From: Botryllus schlosseri
Lineage: Eukaryota
Assembly: GCA_051294905.1 (NCBI GenBank)
Contig: CM119373.1
Coordinates: 2,110,001-2,170,000, forward strand
Direction: 5' to 3'
DNA: 60,000 bases
Shown: positions 36,342 to 49,121 of the stretch, piece after piece
Numbering within the stretch: position 1 is the stretch's first letter
Layout of the letters: each line of letters starts with the position of its first letter
The notes under the pieces: model-generated
Told to the model about the DNA's origin: nothing
Seen by the model: the letters and a program-made list of their open reading frames with translations, nothing else
The model's database searches: none
Made by a program: the position numbers and the translations under genes

Positions 36342-39287
36342 CTTCGTTATAAAATAAATTGTCACACCTAAAAAATGTGCTTTTGCACAATGGTAATATA
36401 ATTTATCTTGTACCAATCGGTCATTCTACCAAGATGAAAGGGGAGTATGAAGCTATCAAGTTTGTCCCTGGAAAGCAATTTAAGAGGGAATTTTCAACTT
36501 TATAACTTGAAAAGACATATGTGATTCATATACATCGTCAAATTACTAAAAATCCGAAATGTCGTCGCGAGCCGCACAAAACGCTCTGGCGGGCCGCGTT
36601 TTTGAGACCTCTGTATTATATGATAATAACTCATGGTATAAATCTAGCCGACTGAGTGAAGAAAATCGATTTAGTGTTATGCTTGACTCATATGTACTCG
36701 GGATCCAATTTCCTAGTTATTGATCACCCCACAGCGTCAATATGGGTAGGCTATTCAATGTATTTTTAAGTATGTCGCATTTGACGAGGTGAAATTGTAT
36801 GACTGATGGTTAACCGAAATAGCAGACTGAGATTCCGCAAATATCGTGACATTGTGATTTACTATTTTTTTAGCAATTTATTATTTTTTTAGCAATTTAT
36901 GCGTGGCACGAATAGAAACCATATTTATAAATAATTGACTAGAACTGCAATTGTACTTGGCAGGGAGTACGCATCATTTGTCAAAATTATGAGGATTAGG
37001 CATAATAGCCGAATCTGGATTAGAGGTATCATATTGATAAGTATAGGCTATTGATTATGTCATTGGCCAAGTCAAAATAAAACTGTGTTGGATTTAACTT
37101 CACTAGTGTCACAGCGATGGAGCGTAGCACTAAGGTTTTCACCATCCTAAATCGGCGATAAAGATTCGATAAAGGGTTCAAAGATGCAACTGACTACACA
37201 TTAAGGTGGCAACAGAATGCTTAATGTTGCTATAACGACTTGCGTAGTTAGCGAAATACCATGTCACGAGCTTATCATCTATTACTATCCACCTGGACAC
37301 GCGAATAATAATTTTTATGTCCATGGTATAACCATGTCACGACGTTCCGAGTAACTCGGAGTTAACTGGAGTCATTTTCATCTTGTCCACGAGTCATTCC
37401 GAGTAATTCTGCGAAAGGTCGCCATGTTTTATCATAATGGAATGGCAGATCGTCCACCGCATGGTACCGTTTGAAAGTGATGCCATGTATAGCGAAATTT
37501 GATCAGTAATTTTATGTTTTTTGACCAAATTTAAAGTGAATGATAACTTCTCAAATCTGACAAAAAGAAATGTTGCACATAACTGCTGCCAAGTATAGCT
37601 GACTTGGAAAACCAACGCTTCGACGTGGCTGCGCAAAATGTCCTCGCGGGTTGCGTGTTTGTGATCCAGGCTTAGAGCAAAACTATGGCTGGTGTAAATA
37701 GAGAAAATAATTTCCAGATTTGGCATGACGTGACCGGTGTATAGCGAATTAATCGCGAATTCACTTTGAAGCTGAAGAGAGGCTTCTTCAGCATTTAAAA
37801 TGCATCTACCTAAAATGGGGCATATAAGTATCCTCCCAAGGCATTCAAAATGGCCTTGCACTTTCAAAAACACACCTGAAATCGCAAACGAAGACGTGCA
37901 AATTCAGAGTGAATTATAATTTTTCAAATTTGACAAAAGGAAATGTAGCATTTCACTGTCATCAATTACTTGGAAATCCAAAATTTCGACGCAAGCCGTA
38001 CTCAATGAACTCGCGGTCCTCCTGTTTCAGACCCTGGCTTAGATCATGTATATTACTATTGGTTGCCGGCGTGACAGTAACTTAAATTAGAGGATTTTGA
38101 AAAGAGGCCCCGAGCCCCTAACCTTTAACACGCCACTGTATTAACCTCTTAAAGACATGTTTATACTGCGACAAGAATAATTATACTGGCCGTGTAGAAG
38201 ATTTAATAACAAGTTACTGCAATATACATAAATTAATCACAAATATACAAATTTCGCAGATAGTCATATATTATGCCCAAATGAGCCATCCTTATATGGC
38301 TCGCGAGCCATAGGTTCCTGACCACTGAACTATAGAGTGTGTTTTCGAACCCGCGTACCACCCCTACTAAATGGGGTGTGAATATACACCAATGGCACAC
38401 GAAACCAGAACCCACCTTAAACTTATATCGCGGTATGAATCGAGCACAACATTTTATTTCAAATTTTGCATGCACGTAGGCAAGTAGGAGTTATGACCGC
38501 GATATAATTCTGAGTTAGGTCCTGTTTTCATCTATCACTCTTTTCGGCCTTTGGGTGTGAATACAAACTCTTTTCGCTAAGAGGAGACTTGAATAAGATA
38601 GGAAGTTTACTCACAAAACGCGCAGTTTACCATTCATATTAGAAATCATTGTATACTCTACCAGTTGTAAAGCAAAATATACGAAAGAACAGTGCATTGA
38701 TTGATTCGATATATGCGTGTAATTGCACTGTGAGTTAACAGCCTGACAAAAATTAAAGGCTACTGCAATGTGATCGATTGTCGCTTAATTACGTATTCAC
38801 GTCTATGCTCGAGCAGTATAGCTAACCCGTCGCTTCCACAATTGCATGTCTTAAATTGATATTTATGCAAACTTCAAGTCAAGAGTATCGATGTGCAAAC
38901 CTGAATTTATTAGCTTATGAAATTCTAAATTCGAAAATATATAAAACAGACCGATATTGATCGAATGAACCCTAGCAATTTTGATATCTGAAATCTGTTC
39001 ATCAAACAAACCGTTTGTTGGAATTCACAATCATATGTCGAGAATCAACATCTGTGACTTTTCAGTGTCTTGTGATGGGAGTGCAATTCTTCAAAAATAT
39101 CAGAAACCATACCGTATTCTTTATTGCAGTCTTAACATAGAGGAACCCTATATAAATAGATTGCTGTAGCAATTATACAATTCGTTTATTATGTCGAAAC
39201 AATAATACACCATGCGGCCCGATACTGATATCTTGATATATAATATAATGAAAAAGAATAATATTGTTAATATTTCGTCACCTCCAG

Positions 39288-39382
39288 CTTCAGAAACTGC
39301 TCATGCTCATCTTCGACAGTACAATACCCTCGGTGCCTATTATAGCGTGGCGGCTGTTGCATAAGCCACCAAATGCATCGAA
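39288..39382 (+). pseudogene. Frameshifted half copy of LRR exon A
   Basis: Paralog of 12403 with a 6-nt duplication, a frameshift and an in-frame TAA. Confidence 0.65.
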
Positions 39383-39619
39383 GTGTATTCACCGAACCCA
39401 ATTCCAACGTCCGAGTTTACGGTTTAATCTTTTGTATTCTTACAAGCGCCCAACACCCGGTTACGACTAAAAAAGAGTGGCTGGATAACGTAGTGGTATA
39501 ATCCACTGCTGCGTCACCTATGGGTTGCTGGTTCGTGTCCGACCAATTTTGACTCTGTAGAATTCCTACTTAAGTGTTGGAAGTTATCTACGCTCCTCCT
39601 CCCCATCTCATCCGCGTAA

Positions 39620-40865
39620 CAGACTTGGACAACTAGATAATTATAGTTGTCTAATTTCACTAAATTAGAGCGGAATAGCAGTCATCTAATTCTAATCTAA
39701 TTTATAAAATGTTTCTATGCTCTAATTCTAATTCTAATTCTAATCTAATTTGTGAATTTTTCTTATGCTGTAATTTTAATTCTATTCTAATTTATTGTTT
39801 TCCTGAAAATGCCTATTTGACCGCGGCATGTTGCAGCGAGTCCCTCTCGACCAGGGAAATCCACAGCCAAGCCGCCATCGCATTACTTACACCGTAAGAA
39901 TTAGTAGTTGTTGCGCGACGAATAATAGCCATACTGTCATAGTAGCTTGTTAGATTGTTTTCTTGAACAATTGTGACGCGTATCGCCTAATCATGTTATT
40001 TGCGCCATGATAATGAATGTTGCAATGTTCATTGATCTTTGCCTTTGGAACTCTTTTTGGACTACTTCCAGTCACGCGTTCATTCATCATCGATATCTAT
40101 CTCGTTTGCATACGACCTCTTCGGTGTCTTCTGTTGACGATTTTTGAAGCTCGACTTCAATTGATCTATTTTGGGTTTTCGTTCGGTACTGCATACGCAG
40201 TGAGGTCAGCTACAAATGAATCGATATTGGGGACATGTTACTAGGTGAGAGACTATCTCATCCAAAAGATTGATTGTGGGGACGCCCAGGGCCGTTTTCT
40301 AAGCGTCTTGGTCTTGGGCTTGGCGGTGTCGGGTCCATTGTACGTCATGGCAATATGCCTATTCATACCAGCTTACTCTCCATCGATGCAATGCTGTTGC
40401 CATCGTTGAAGTCATTTCCGCTATAACGAGGAATAGCGTTGTTGAGCACATACGAATAGGTTTATTTACAACAGCAACAATAATAATTTGAAATTGAAAT
40501 CAATTTTCGCATTTCAAAATGCTTTATTCAAGTTCTTCCAAATTCACAGATCAGGTCGCCGGCCGCAAAATGCAACCTCGCGGGCCACGTGTTGATGACC
40601 CCTGGTATGGTGCAAAATGAGCAAAGCTTGATATACAGACGTTAAGCAATCTCTTTGTTATGAGACTCCACAGTGATTTGATATGAACTGAACTTTTTGC
40701 TGTATTTATTTCTCATTTAGAATTTCATTCGATTTTCAAGTTTTTCCGAATTCAGTAGCCAAATTCCAATCGTAATTGTAATCTAATTTGGAAAAATTGT
40801 ATAGCTCCGATTTTAATTCTAATCTAATTCGGAAAAGCTAAAAAAATTCTAGTTGTCCCAGTCTG
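39620..40865. mobile_element. hAT-type MITE with subterminal TCTAAT repeats, inserted in a SINE
   Basis: TIR CAGACTTGGACAACTAGA / TCTAGTTGTCCCAGTCTG. Perfect 8-bp TSD CCGCGTAA (39612-39619, 40866-40873). Confidence 0.88.
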
Positions 40866-42360
40866 CCGCGTAAGCGGCGTCTTATAAAAGCCTATGAGTG
40901 GGCTGTGCTGCAGGTCAGCAGCTACGAAATTTAAATGAAGCACATTGGCCTGGTGTAAATGACCATAGTAGTCGACAAACACCATTAATACCTCAAATCA
41001 AACAAACAAGCGACTAAAAAGGGAGCATAAAAATACGCCAACCTAATCGTCACTGATTTAGCGCTCCATAACTTTACTCAACAGGCAAAGCATCGCATTT
41101 TTGCCAATTTCATTGTTCGCGAATAAAGTCGTTGCTAGAATATAAACACCATGATCCGTGATATGATTTAATGTGCTATTATTTGTATATGATCGATACT
41201 AAAATATTCAAGTGAAAAATAAAGACATGTGGCAAAATTTTGAACTGAGTTGTCTGATGGTCCGGCCTGTGACAGATTTGAAGGTTTGAATCCGACCCGC
41301 GTCGGGATTTGAGTTTGCCAACCCTGCTCCAAGCTGAATCGCCATGACGAGATAGCATAATGGTACGATCCACGGCTGCAACACCAATTGGTTGCGGGTT
41401 CCAGTCTGACCGAGGTCGACTCCAGAATTCCCAGTCAAGTGTTATAGATTTATTCAGGGCTAGGCTCCTCTTCATTCACCAGATCGTCTAAAAGTCTAAA
41501 AGTGGACCGTGCTACGGGTGCTCTCAATATTCCCGGCCCTGAGTATTTTCTGCACAGCGATCAATGTATATTTTTAAAATTAAATGCGTCTTGGCTTTGC
41601 ATTCAGGACAGTTTGTTTTACATGCAATAGAAATTTAAATCATTGGTAAAACAGAGTATATATTGCACGACATTAAAAGCTGGTGATTTTGTCTATTATA
41701 ACATTTGAGCTTCGATATAGTTGCAGAGTGACGTAAAGACCGAGTGAGTGTACCAATTCTATTTCCCAAAAGTGTTTATGAATACTGGCTGAGTGCCGTA
41801 CAAACCCTATAATACTGTCGTTATTGAGTGATCACTATTAAATTAGTAATCATAAAAACTGCATGTAGGTATGCTTTAAAGCTGCCAAACACTGTAGACC
41901 TGCCGTCTCCGTGGATTCAATCGGACAGATTTACAAGCCGATATCCTAATGGCGACAGCATTTTGAAAGAGGCAGAGATTGCTATTATTCCATTCATCAG
42001 AATTCTACGTCGAAATTGGCCCCACATATTTGTTACTCAGAAGACCGAGTTTCAAATATTGCCAGGGAACTAGCTCGTCGGTAATTTTACAAATTTCTAT
42101 TGTGTTTGAGTGAATTCGATCAAATGAAATCTAAAACATTCTATTCGACTCGAGGATCAATTCTCGATTCGGAATCGTATCTTCCGAGTTCTCGATGTCG
42201 CCCAGCCACGATTGCAATATTATTTTACTTGAAATGATGGCGAAGCAATCGTAGCACAGTAATGTGATACTAATAGTATTTTACAGTTTAATGACAGAAA
42301 TTTCAATTTCATTTCCGAAGGCTAATGAAAGTAATGTTATACGATATTTTATCATTTTAG

Positions 42361-42528
42361 TTGCAAAAGCTCGTAATCGTCGACAACTCAATGAATGAAG
42401 ATGGATATGAAATACTCGTTCACATTCTGAAGCTGTCCGATTGCAAGGAATTGGAGCTCTCACATTGTTGTCTCACCAAGAATAAGTTGCAGGGAGTATT
42501 GAACGGAAGTCGGGATCATAATATCCAG
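42361..42528 (+). CDS. LRR exon type B, second copy
   Basis: cattttag|TTG...CAG|gtgcgt, 168 nt, open frame. Paralog of 16092-16259 (KELELSHCCL vs KELVLEDCCL). Confidence 0.78.
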
Positions 42529-44312
42529 GTGCGTCATCATGAACAATCCGTAATATCCAAGAAGACATGTCATCTTACGATTCGAAATTGTTCGTCATCC
42601 TACTTCGCCTCAAAAACCTTGCAGCATAAAATCGTTCACCGTTCGTTCTAGCGTTCACCAATACTCGTCGGAGGGTATTCGAATACCGCAGGCGTTTCGT
42701 ATTCTGCAACACAGAGAACCTTGTACATTTTTAAAATTGTCAACGACGCGACAGAGTAGATATTATCAATATAGGAATATTCATGACATAAATCTAACCG
42801 GTAGGGCCGTTTTAGTGTTAGATAATGCGGTTCCATGCACCTGTTGTCGTGGCATGGAATTTGGGAATTCTGGACAATCTTTTGCTGATGGAAATGCGGA
42901 AAATTATATGCAGCTTTGGTATGACGTCCCTGATCTACTATGAGGTAATATGCAGAAACGAGCCGATGTTGCATTAAGGATTTCGGGCCGAAAATTGGGC
43001 ACACTTTCATACTTTTACGTTGCCTATAAATTAGGGTGGATAGAGCTATGTCGATTAATGATTGTCAACTTGGGAGGTCAAGAAATAACAGCATGCAACA
43101 AAGTGACTGATAAAAATTGGCCCACAGCATGATGCACCATTATGCAAAACTTGCCCTCAGTTTTTGAAGACACCCCTTGATTAACTCTACCGGTGAATGC
43201 GATCACGGGGGCTGAAAAAGAATTAATGTTTGATAGGAATATGTGAAACTATCAACAATAATGACGAAATTAGTGAATCTGAAAGTTTTTCGCACTTCGC
43301 GCGATCATAACCGTTCCCGTAACATGACCAATTGACCACTCGCGATTTCGGTGCCGGTGCGTGTAGTAAGCGAATATGAACTAATAGATAAGTCTGGAGC
43401 TCACCGGAAATGGAGATGAATCTCTTAACATCGGTATTTTGCATCCTGATAGATCATCGCGACTATGCCATGGAATGTGGCCGCAGGCTACATGATTAAT
43501 CGTAATGCAGCCGTGAATAGGAGAAGGGTTTGCAACCACTGATTCACCCCTTGGAAATGAATTCCAGCTAAGCTTTTCATTCAAGAGAGCTTGATTCTCA
43601 TGCACTCAAAATTCAAATCATTCAATTTTTTTTCATCCCGGTGTTGAAGCATTTACAATTTGCCAGCGACGTCTAAACTAGTTGACAATACGCAACAGTA
43701 TTTTAATAATCTGGAATATGTAGGCTATTGTGCTGCATCCGGAAAATTTCGCGAGCCTTATCTTTCATTACGTGTCGCTATATATCTGGCATGTATTCCA
43801 TGAAGCTCATTGTAAAATGACAGCATGTAACGAAGTTTATTTAAGCGCTGTTAACGAAACGACCGGTGGACGGTCATATTATCAGTATATATTATAGGAT
43901 AATAGCCCACGTTAGAAATCTAACCACCAACGCCGACTGAGTAACGAAAATCAATTTAGTGTTTGATGTTTGACTCAAATGCACTCGGGGGCCAATTTCC
44001 TAATTTTTGACTACCCTGCGGAACACGACGTCAATATGGGTATTCAATGTATGTTCAAGTATGTCGTATCTGACGAGGTGAAATTGTACTATTGGCCGGA
44101 AATGCAGATTGAGATTCCGAAAATATAGTGAACTTATGATTTACTACTTATTTTACCAATTTACGCGTGGCACCAATGAAAACCACATACACAAATATTT
44201 GACTAAAATTGTCGTTGTACTAGGCAGGCAGTACGCATCATTTGTCGCAATTATGAGAAATAGGCACCATAGCCGAATCTAGGTTTGGGGTACCATATTG
44301 ATAAGTATAGGC

Positions 44313-45807
44313 CAGGGGTAGGCAAACCCCGGCATTCGTGCCATTTGTGCCACGCGAAATGATTTTTCATGGCATGCCAAATGATTTCACGCAAACGACA
44401 TATTCATACCATGTTTTTGCAAAAAGTGAAACAGAAGTTTTCAAAACGTGAAATGCTCGTAGGCAATCCAAAATTATTATTATCATTTCACATTTTACAG
44501 TGGTGCTTCTCGCCTTTTTCCGGCTATGTGCACCACGACAGGAATATTTGTAATGTTAATAAGTCTTTGTCTTTGTGTTAATCTTGGGGACGACTTCTTT
44601 ATTCTTTCGCACATCCAGACGTCAGTCTTTCTCGCACCCATGCGTCCCCGTCGAGGTCTTTGCTGCCGACTTCTAGGACGGCTCACTTTCAATCTGGGCT
44701 TTTCAATGCACTGCAACTGCAGTGAGGTCGGCAATGGGTAGCCCAGAGAAACCTCTGACACATAGAGCCTGATGTGTTAATTATGTTATGGGAACCCCCA
44801 ATAAATAGATAAATATATATGCATTTATAAAATGTTTTAAAAATCTATGCATAGTGTACAGAAATGAGTCAACCGTACTAGCAGTTGTGAAAGAACGTCA
44901 ACCAAATATCGTTTGAAAACGTTTGGATGCTTTAGTCTCCGAGTGTTATTCACTGTGTAGCCTGTGGGATTGCAACTTCTGAACCGGCATTACGACGCTG
45001 GGCATCTTCACGCTATAGAATACACGACCTAGATATAGAGTTTCGGACAACATCCGACCATGCGACTAACAGGCGGTCTATGCATTGCCAAAATGATTGG
45101 CGGCGATAAAACCTTGAAACAAAATAGCCGCTGCATCATGGACAAAACGTTAGACATTGATATGTCCACTGGCAAGGCGCCGAAGTTACCAGCGCCGAAT
45201 TGCCAGCGCCCGCAGCTTGAGCCGCACGGAAGATAATGAGCCCCGTGTCGAAATGCGAATCGTGTTCGTCTCTCGGAAGTAGAGTCTGGTGTGCACGCGA
45301 TTCCATATCTTGAGCAACGACAATCTTTACCGTTCGACTGCGACCTTTGCCGACAAATCTAGTGTCAGACCGAACTTAATGTGACACCAAACCGATTTGA
45401 ATGAGACTGTGGGGAGGGGGGAAACACTTTTCATCATCATCAGACCATATCATCGTAGCTACACTGATTGACCCGCCACTTAATGGATATGGTAACAAAC
45501 ATGGAAACGATCCAATCAACCGCAGAAAATCGATCATTGCCCAATGGCGCGACAGAAAATAAATTATGTAAATGTCGCGTAGGCCTACATATAAGCGATA
45601 GGTCGGGTGTGGTAGTGTCCAAAATTCAATCCCTTCAAGACCAATCAAGAATTGCCGGCGTGACGAATGGCGTTGCCAGGTTGGTGATATTCCTTGCTGC
45701 TTGAAACGTTAAATAATAATAAATTCAATGTTTGGCACGGAAACTAGTAAAAAATTGACATTTTTTGACATTTTGGCACGCTGCACATAAAAGGTTGCCG
45801 GCACCTG
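44313..45807. mobile_element. Non-autonomous hAT element
   Basis: Imperfect TIRs CAGGGGTAGGCAA / TTGCCGGCACCTG. 8-bp TSD GTATAGGC (44305-44312, 45808-45815). Empty paralogous sites at ~4935, ~21127 and ~37041. Confidence 0.88.
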
Positions 45808-48800
45808 GTATAGGCTATTGATCTTGTCATTGCCCAAGTCAAAATAAAACAGCGTTGGATTTCACTTTACTGGTGTCACAGCGGTGGAGCGTGCCGCTGC
45901 GGTATTTGCCATCTTTAATCGGCCATAAAGCTATGGATTAAGGGATCAAAGATGCAACTGAGTGCACATTAAGGGGGCAACAAAATGCTAAATGTTGATA
46001 TAACAACTTACGTCGATAGCGAAATACCATGTCACGAGCTTATCATCTAATACGATCCCCTGGTCACGTGAAAAATAATTTTTGCGTCCAGGTTATAAAC
46101 ATGTCACGACACTCCGAGTTACTCGGAGTCGACTCGAGTCATTTTCACTTTTTATCACCGAGTCATTCTGACTAATTCAGCGAAAGGTCGCCTCCAACTC
46201 CAAGTCACATTTTTCAGTCTCGAATCATATACGGTTCATGTTTTATCATCAAGATTAGAATATTCTATGTAATAGCAGATCTTCCACCGCATAGTAGCGT
46301 TTGAAAGTGATGCCATATAGCGAACTTTAATCAGTAGTTGTATGTTTTTTTGGCAAATTTAAAGGAAATTATGACTTTTCAAATCTGACAAAAAGAAACG
46401 TTGCACTGAGCTGCTTCCAAGTATCGCCTCCTTGGAAATCCAAAATTTTGACGTGGCCGAGCAAAATGTCCTTGTGGGTCGCGTGTTCGGGACCCAGGCT
46501 TAGATCATACGGGTTACCACTATCAAAACTACTGCTGGTGTAAATAGAGAAAATATTGCCTAGCTTTGGCATGACGTTACTGGATTATTGCAAATTAATC
46601 GTCAAATATGCGGCAATACAAAATTGACGATTTTGGACCGAAAAGTTAGCATTTCACCACACGCATGTCCGTTCTCTAAGGTTGCTTGTAAAATGCAAAT
46701 TAAGACGGACGGAGCTATGTCGAACAATAGCAGAGAAATCTAGCGTACCGCCGTACATGCAGTGTGACATAATGCTTATTCTTTATGCGGAATGCGGTCA
46801 CTAAATGTCGCTAAAAAGTCGCTGGTAATAACAACATGTCAATGCCTACGCGCGAATTTGCGTGCTTTTTGTGCTACCAAGAAACATCATGTCGATCCAA
46901 AAAAACTCCTAAAACCGAACTAATCTCCATGCTAATATATTTTCATCATTTCTGGCCTTCAATATTATTCACGACACATCGCACCGTAGATATCTTGAAG
47001 ATTGCGTTCTGCAACGAACTATAGCACTGGTCAACAAAATGAAAAATAAAAAAAATTGGCAGAACATCTAGGAACTGCTATAGGGTTTTCAAGGTTGCTG
47101 ATGACGAATAGTACATTTGTTTTGCCAGATTGACTTGCCCACTAGACTTGAGTCTTTTCTCTGGGTCATTTGCTGTCATCATTCAAGAGTTCGGCTCTCT
47201 CTTTGTCTGAGCTTTTCAATGCACTGTATTTATAGCGGGATCGGAGATGAGGAGCCCAGATAAACCTCCGACACATAGAAACATGGCAGAGCCGAGACTC
47301 GACCCACCGTGACAGCAGTGTTTAACCAACTGCGCCACTCGCTTCCCCGTGACATAAATATATCCTTATTCTTATGACGCGGTCACATGTTAACGTATAG
47401 CTTATACAGACGTGGTGGTGTACTAGCGTTACAGCTATAGGGATCGCTCGCATGATTATAACGATAATGAAGACGTCATAGTTCAGTCGTAACAAATGAT
47501 CGATCGTGTTCTCTATTCTAACTCTAATCTTTTTAATGCTGTCTGTTGATTCGTGCGTAACCTGAATAATTCCGACTTTCAGCAGCATCGGTTTATTCGC
47601 ACGTTTCCATACCGCTGCTTCACACCTACAGAATAGTCTGCCGATCACTGTCGCAACAAGAACCACAATTATACTCATTTATACGTTCATTGTATTTATT
47701 ACTCTGAAATCAAACTCTTAACAAAAACACGTACAATCGTTTCATTAATTTTTTTATCGTCACCAAAATAATTCAGTTATTCCTTGGTTGAAAAATTTTG
47801 AGCTCGTTTCGTCAAGAATGTTATAGTATGATATTCGAACACATCTGATGTTTTACTCTGTAACTGTTTCCCAGTCACGGAAAATTCATCCGGTTCCATG
47901 AATTCGATTATCCGAGGTTTTAGTGGTCCGAAACCTAGTGAAACATGAAAATGAGTCTGGCGCCCCCTATTTTAAGGACTGTAGTAAAAACCAATGGGTA
48001 AGTGGTCGAAGTCCGCTTTCGGGTTAGGATTTCACTATTAGACCTCTCGACTAATTAACGATATAATTTTTCATGCTGTTTTCGAGATCTAATCCAGGTT
48101 GTTATAACAACCATCGGGTAAGGACTACGGGCTCATGGCATTTGGTTCGAGATCGATGGACACATCTCGAATTCTCCTCTGCGATTGGCAATACGGTGAA
48201 TAAAATTGTATTGGTTTCGTTTTATTGCTTTGTCTGACCACTTAATCAAATGAGAATGTGGTAGAGATTTGCTCACATTACATTTAGTGCTGCTCTTAGT
48301 TTCAACATGAATGCGGGTAACAACACTCAGCAGTATCACCCTTTATGATACGATGAAGAAATATTCTGACGACATAATTTTGTAGCTCTCAAATACAAGC
48401 ATATTTAATTACTCGTTTTTACCAAAAAGCTGCAAAACACCTTTATTGTACAAAGGACATCACTCTCAAAAGTTGTTCAGTAGCCTTTAGCGCCTCTACG
48501 ATTTAGGCACGCAGTGCGCTTCAGGATAAAATACCTAGTTAAAAATATTTTATGGAAAACAACCCGAGCTATCAGTATAAGTATCAGTTTATTATTATTT
48601 TCATAATTTCAAAACACCACGAAACTGTGATAAAATGAGGGGATAGGAAGATGTCAAAACGACTTGGAGTAGCTAGCGTGAAAGGAGTGTTATAACGGGG
48701 AATTAGCAATCCAAAAGTACGCCAAATTCATTTTACATGATTTAAAATTAATCACTGCATTCATGAAAACAGGGGTCGGTTGATATTTCGCGATGAGCGC

Positions 48801-49073
48801 AACGAAAAACGTTGTGAATTAGCAGATTTTGTCGAATGTTAGTTTGCAATGAGAAGTCAGCAATAATCATATGTCCATACTACACCATATGCTGCGAGAC
48901 AATTTTCTTCAGCGGCCCAACCGCCACCAGAGCCCAATGCTCCCTATTTCGTCCCCTGAGCGTTTCCGCCCCTTCAAAATTCAAGCCGCCCCCTGGTAGG
49001 CGCTGGAGACAAGGTAAAGAACCACTGATCTAAATAATCACGAACTATATTAGTAAAATTACGTCTCGTCCAG

Positions 49074-49121
49074 CTTCATAAACTGCTCATCTTCGACAGA
49101 ACAATGCTCCCGGGCGCATAG
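49074..49121 (+). pseudogene. Truncated pseudo-exon of LRR type A
   Basis: Paralog of 915-962 with the same TAG stop. Confidence 0.65.

Noticed and set aside
37394..37873. 159-aa minus-strand ORF
   Set aside because: Lies in a repeated block whose paralogs (~21560, ~46370) do not keep the frame; no recognisable domain.
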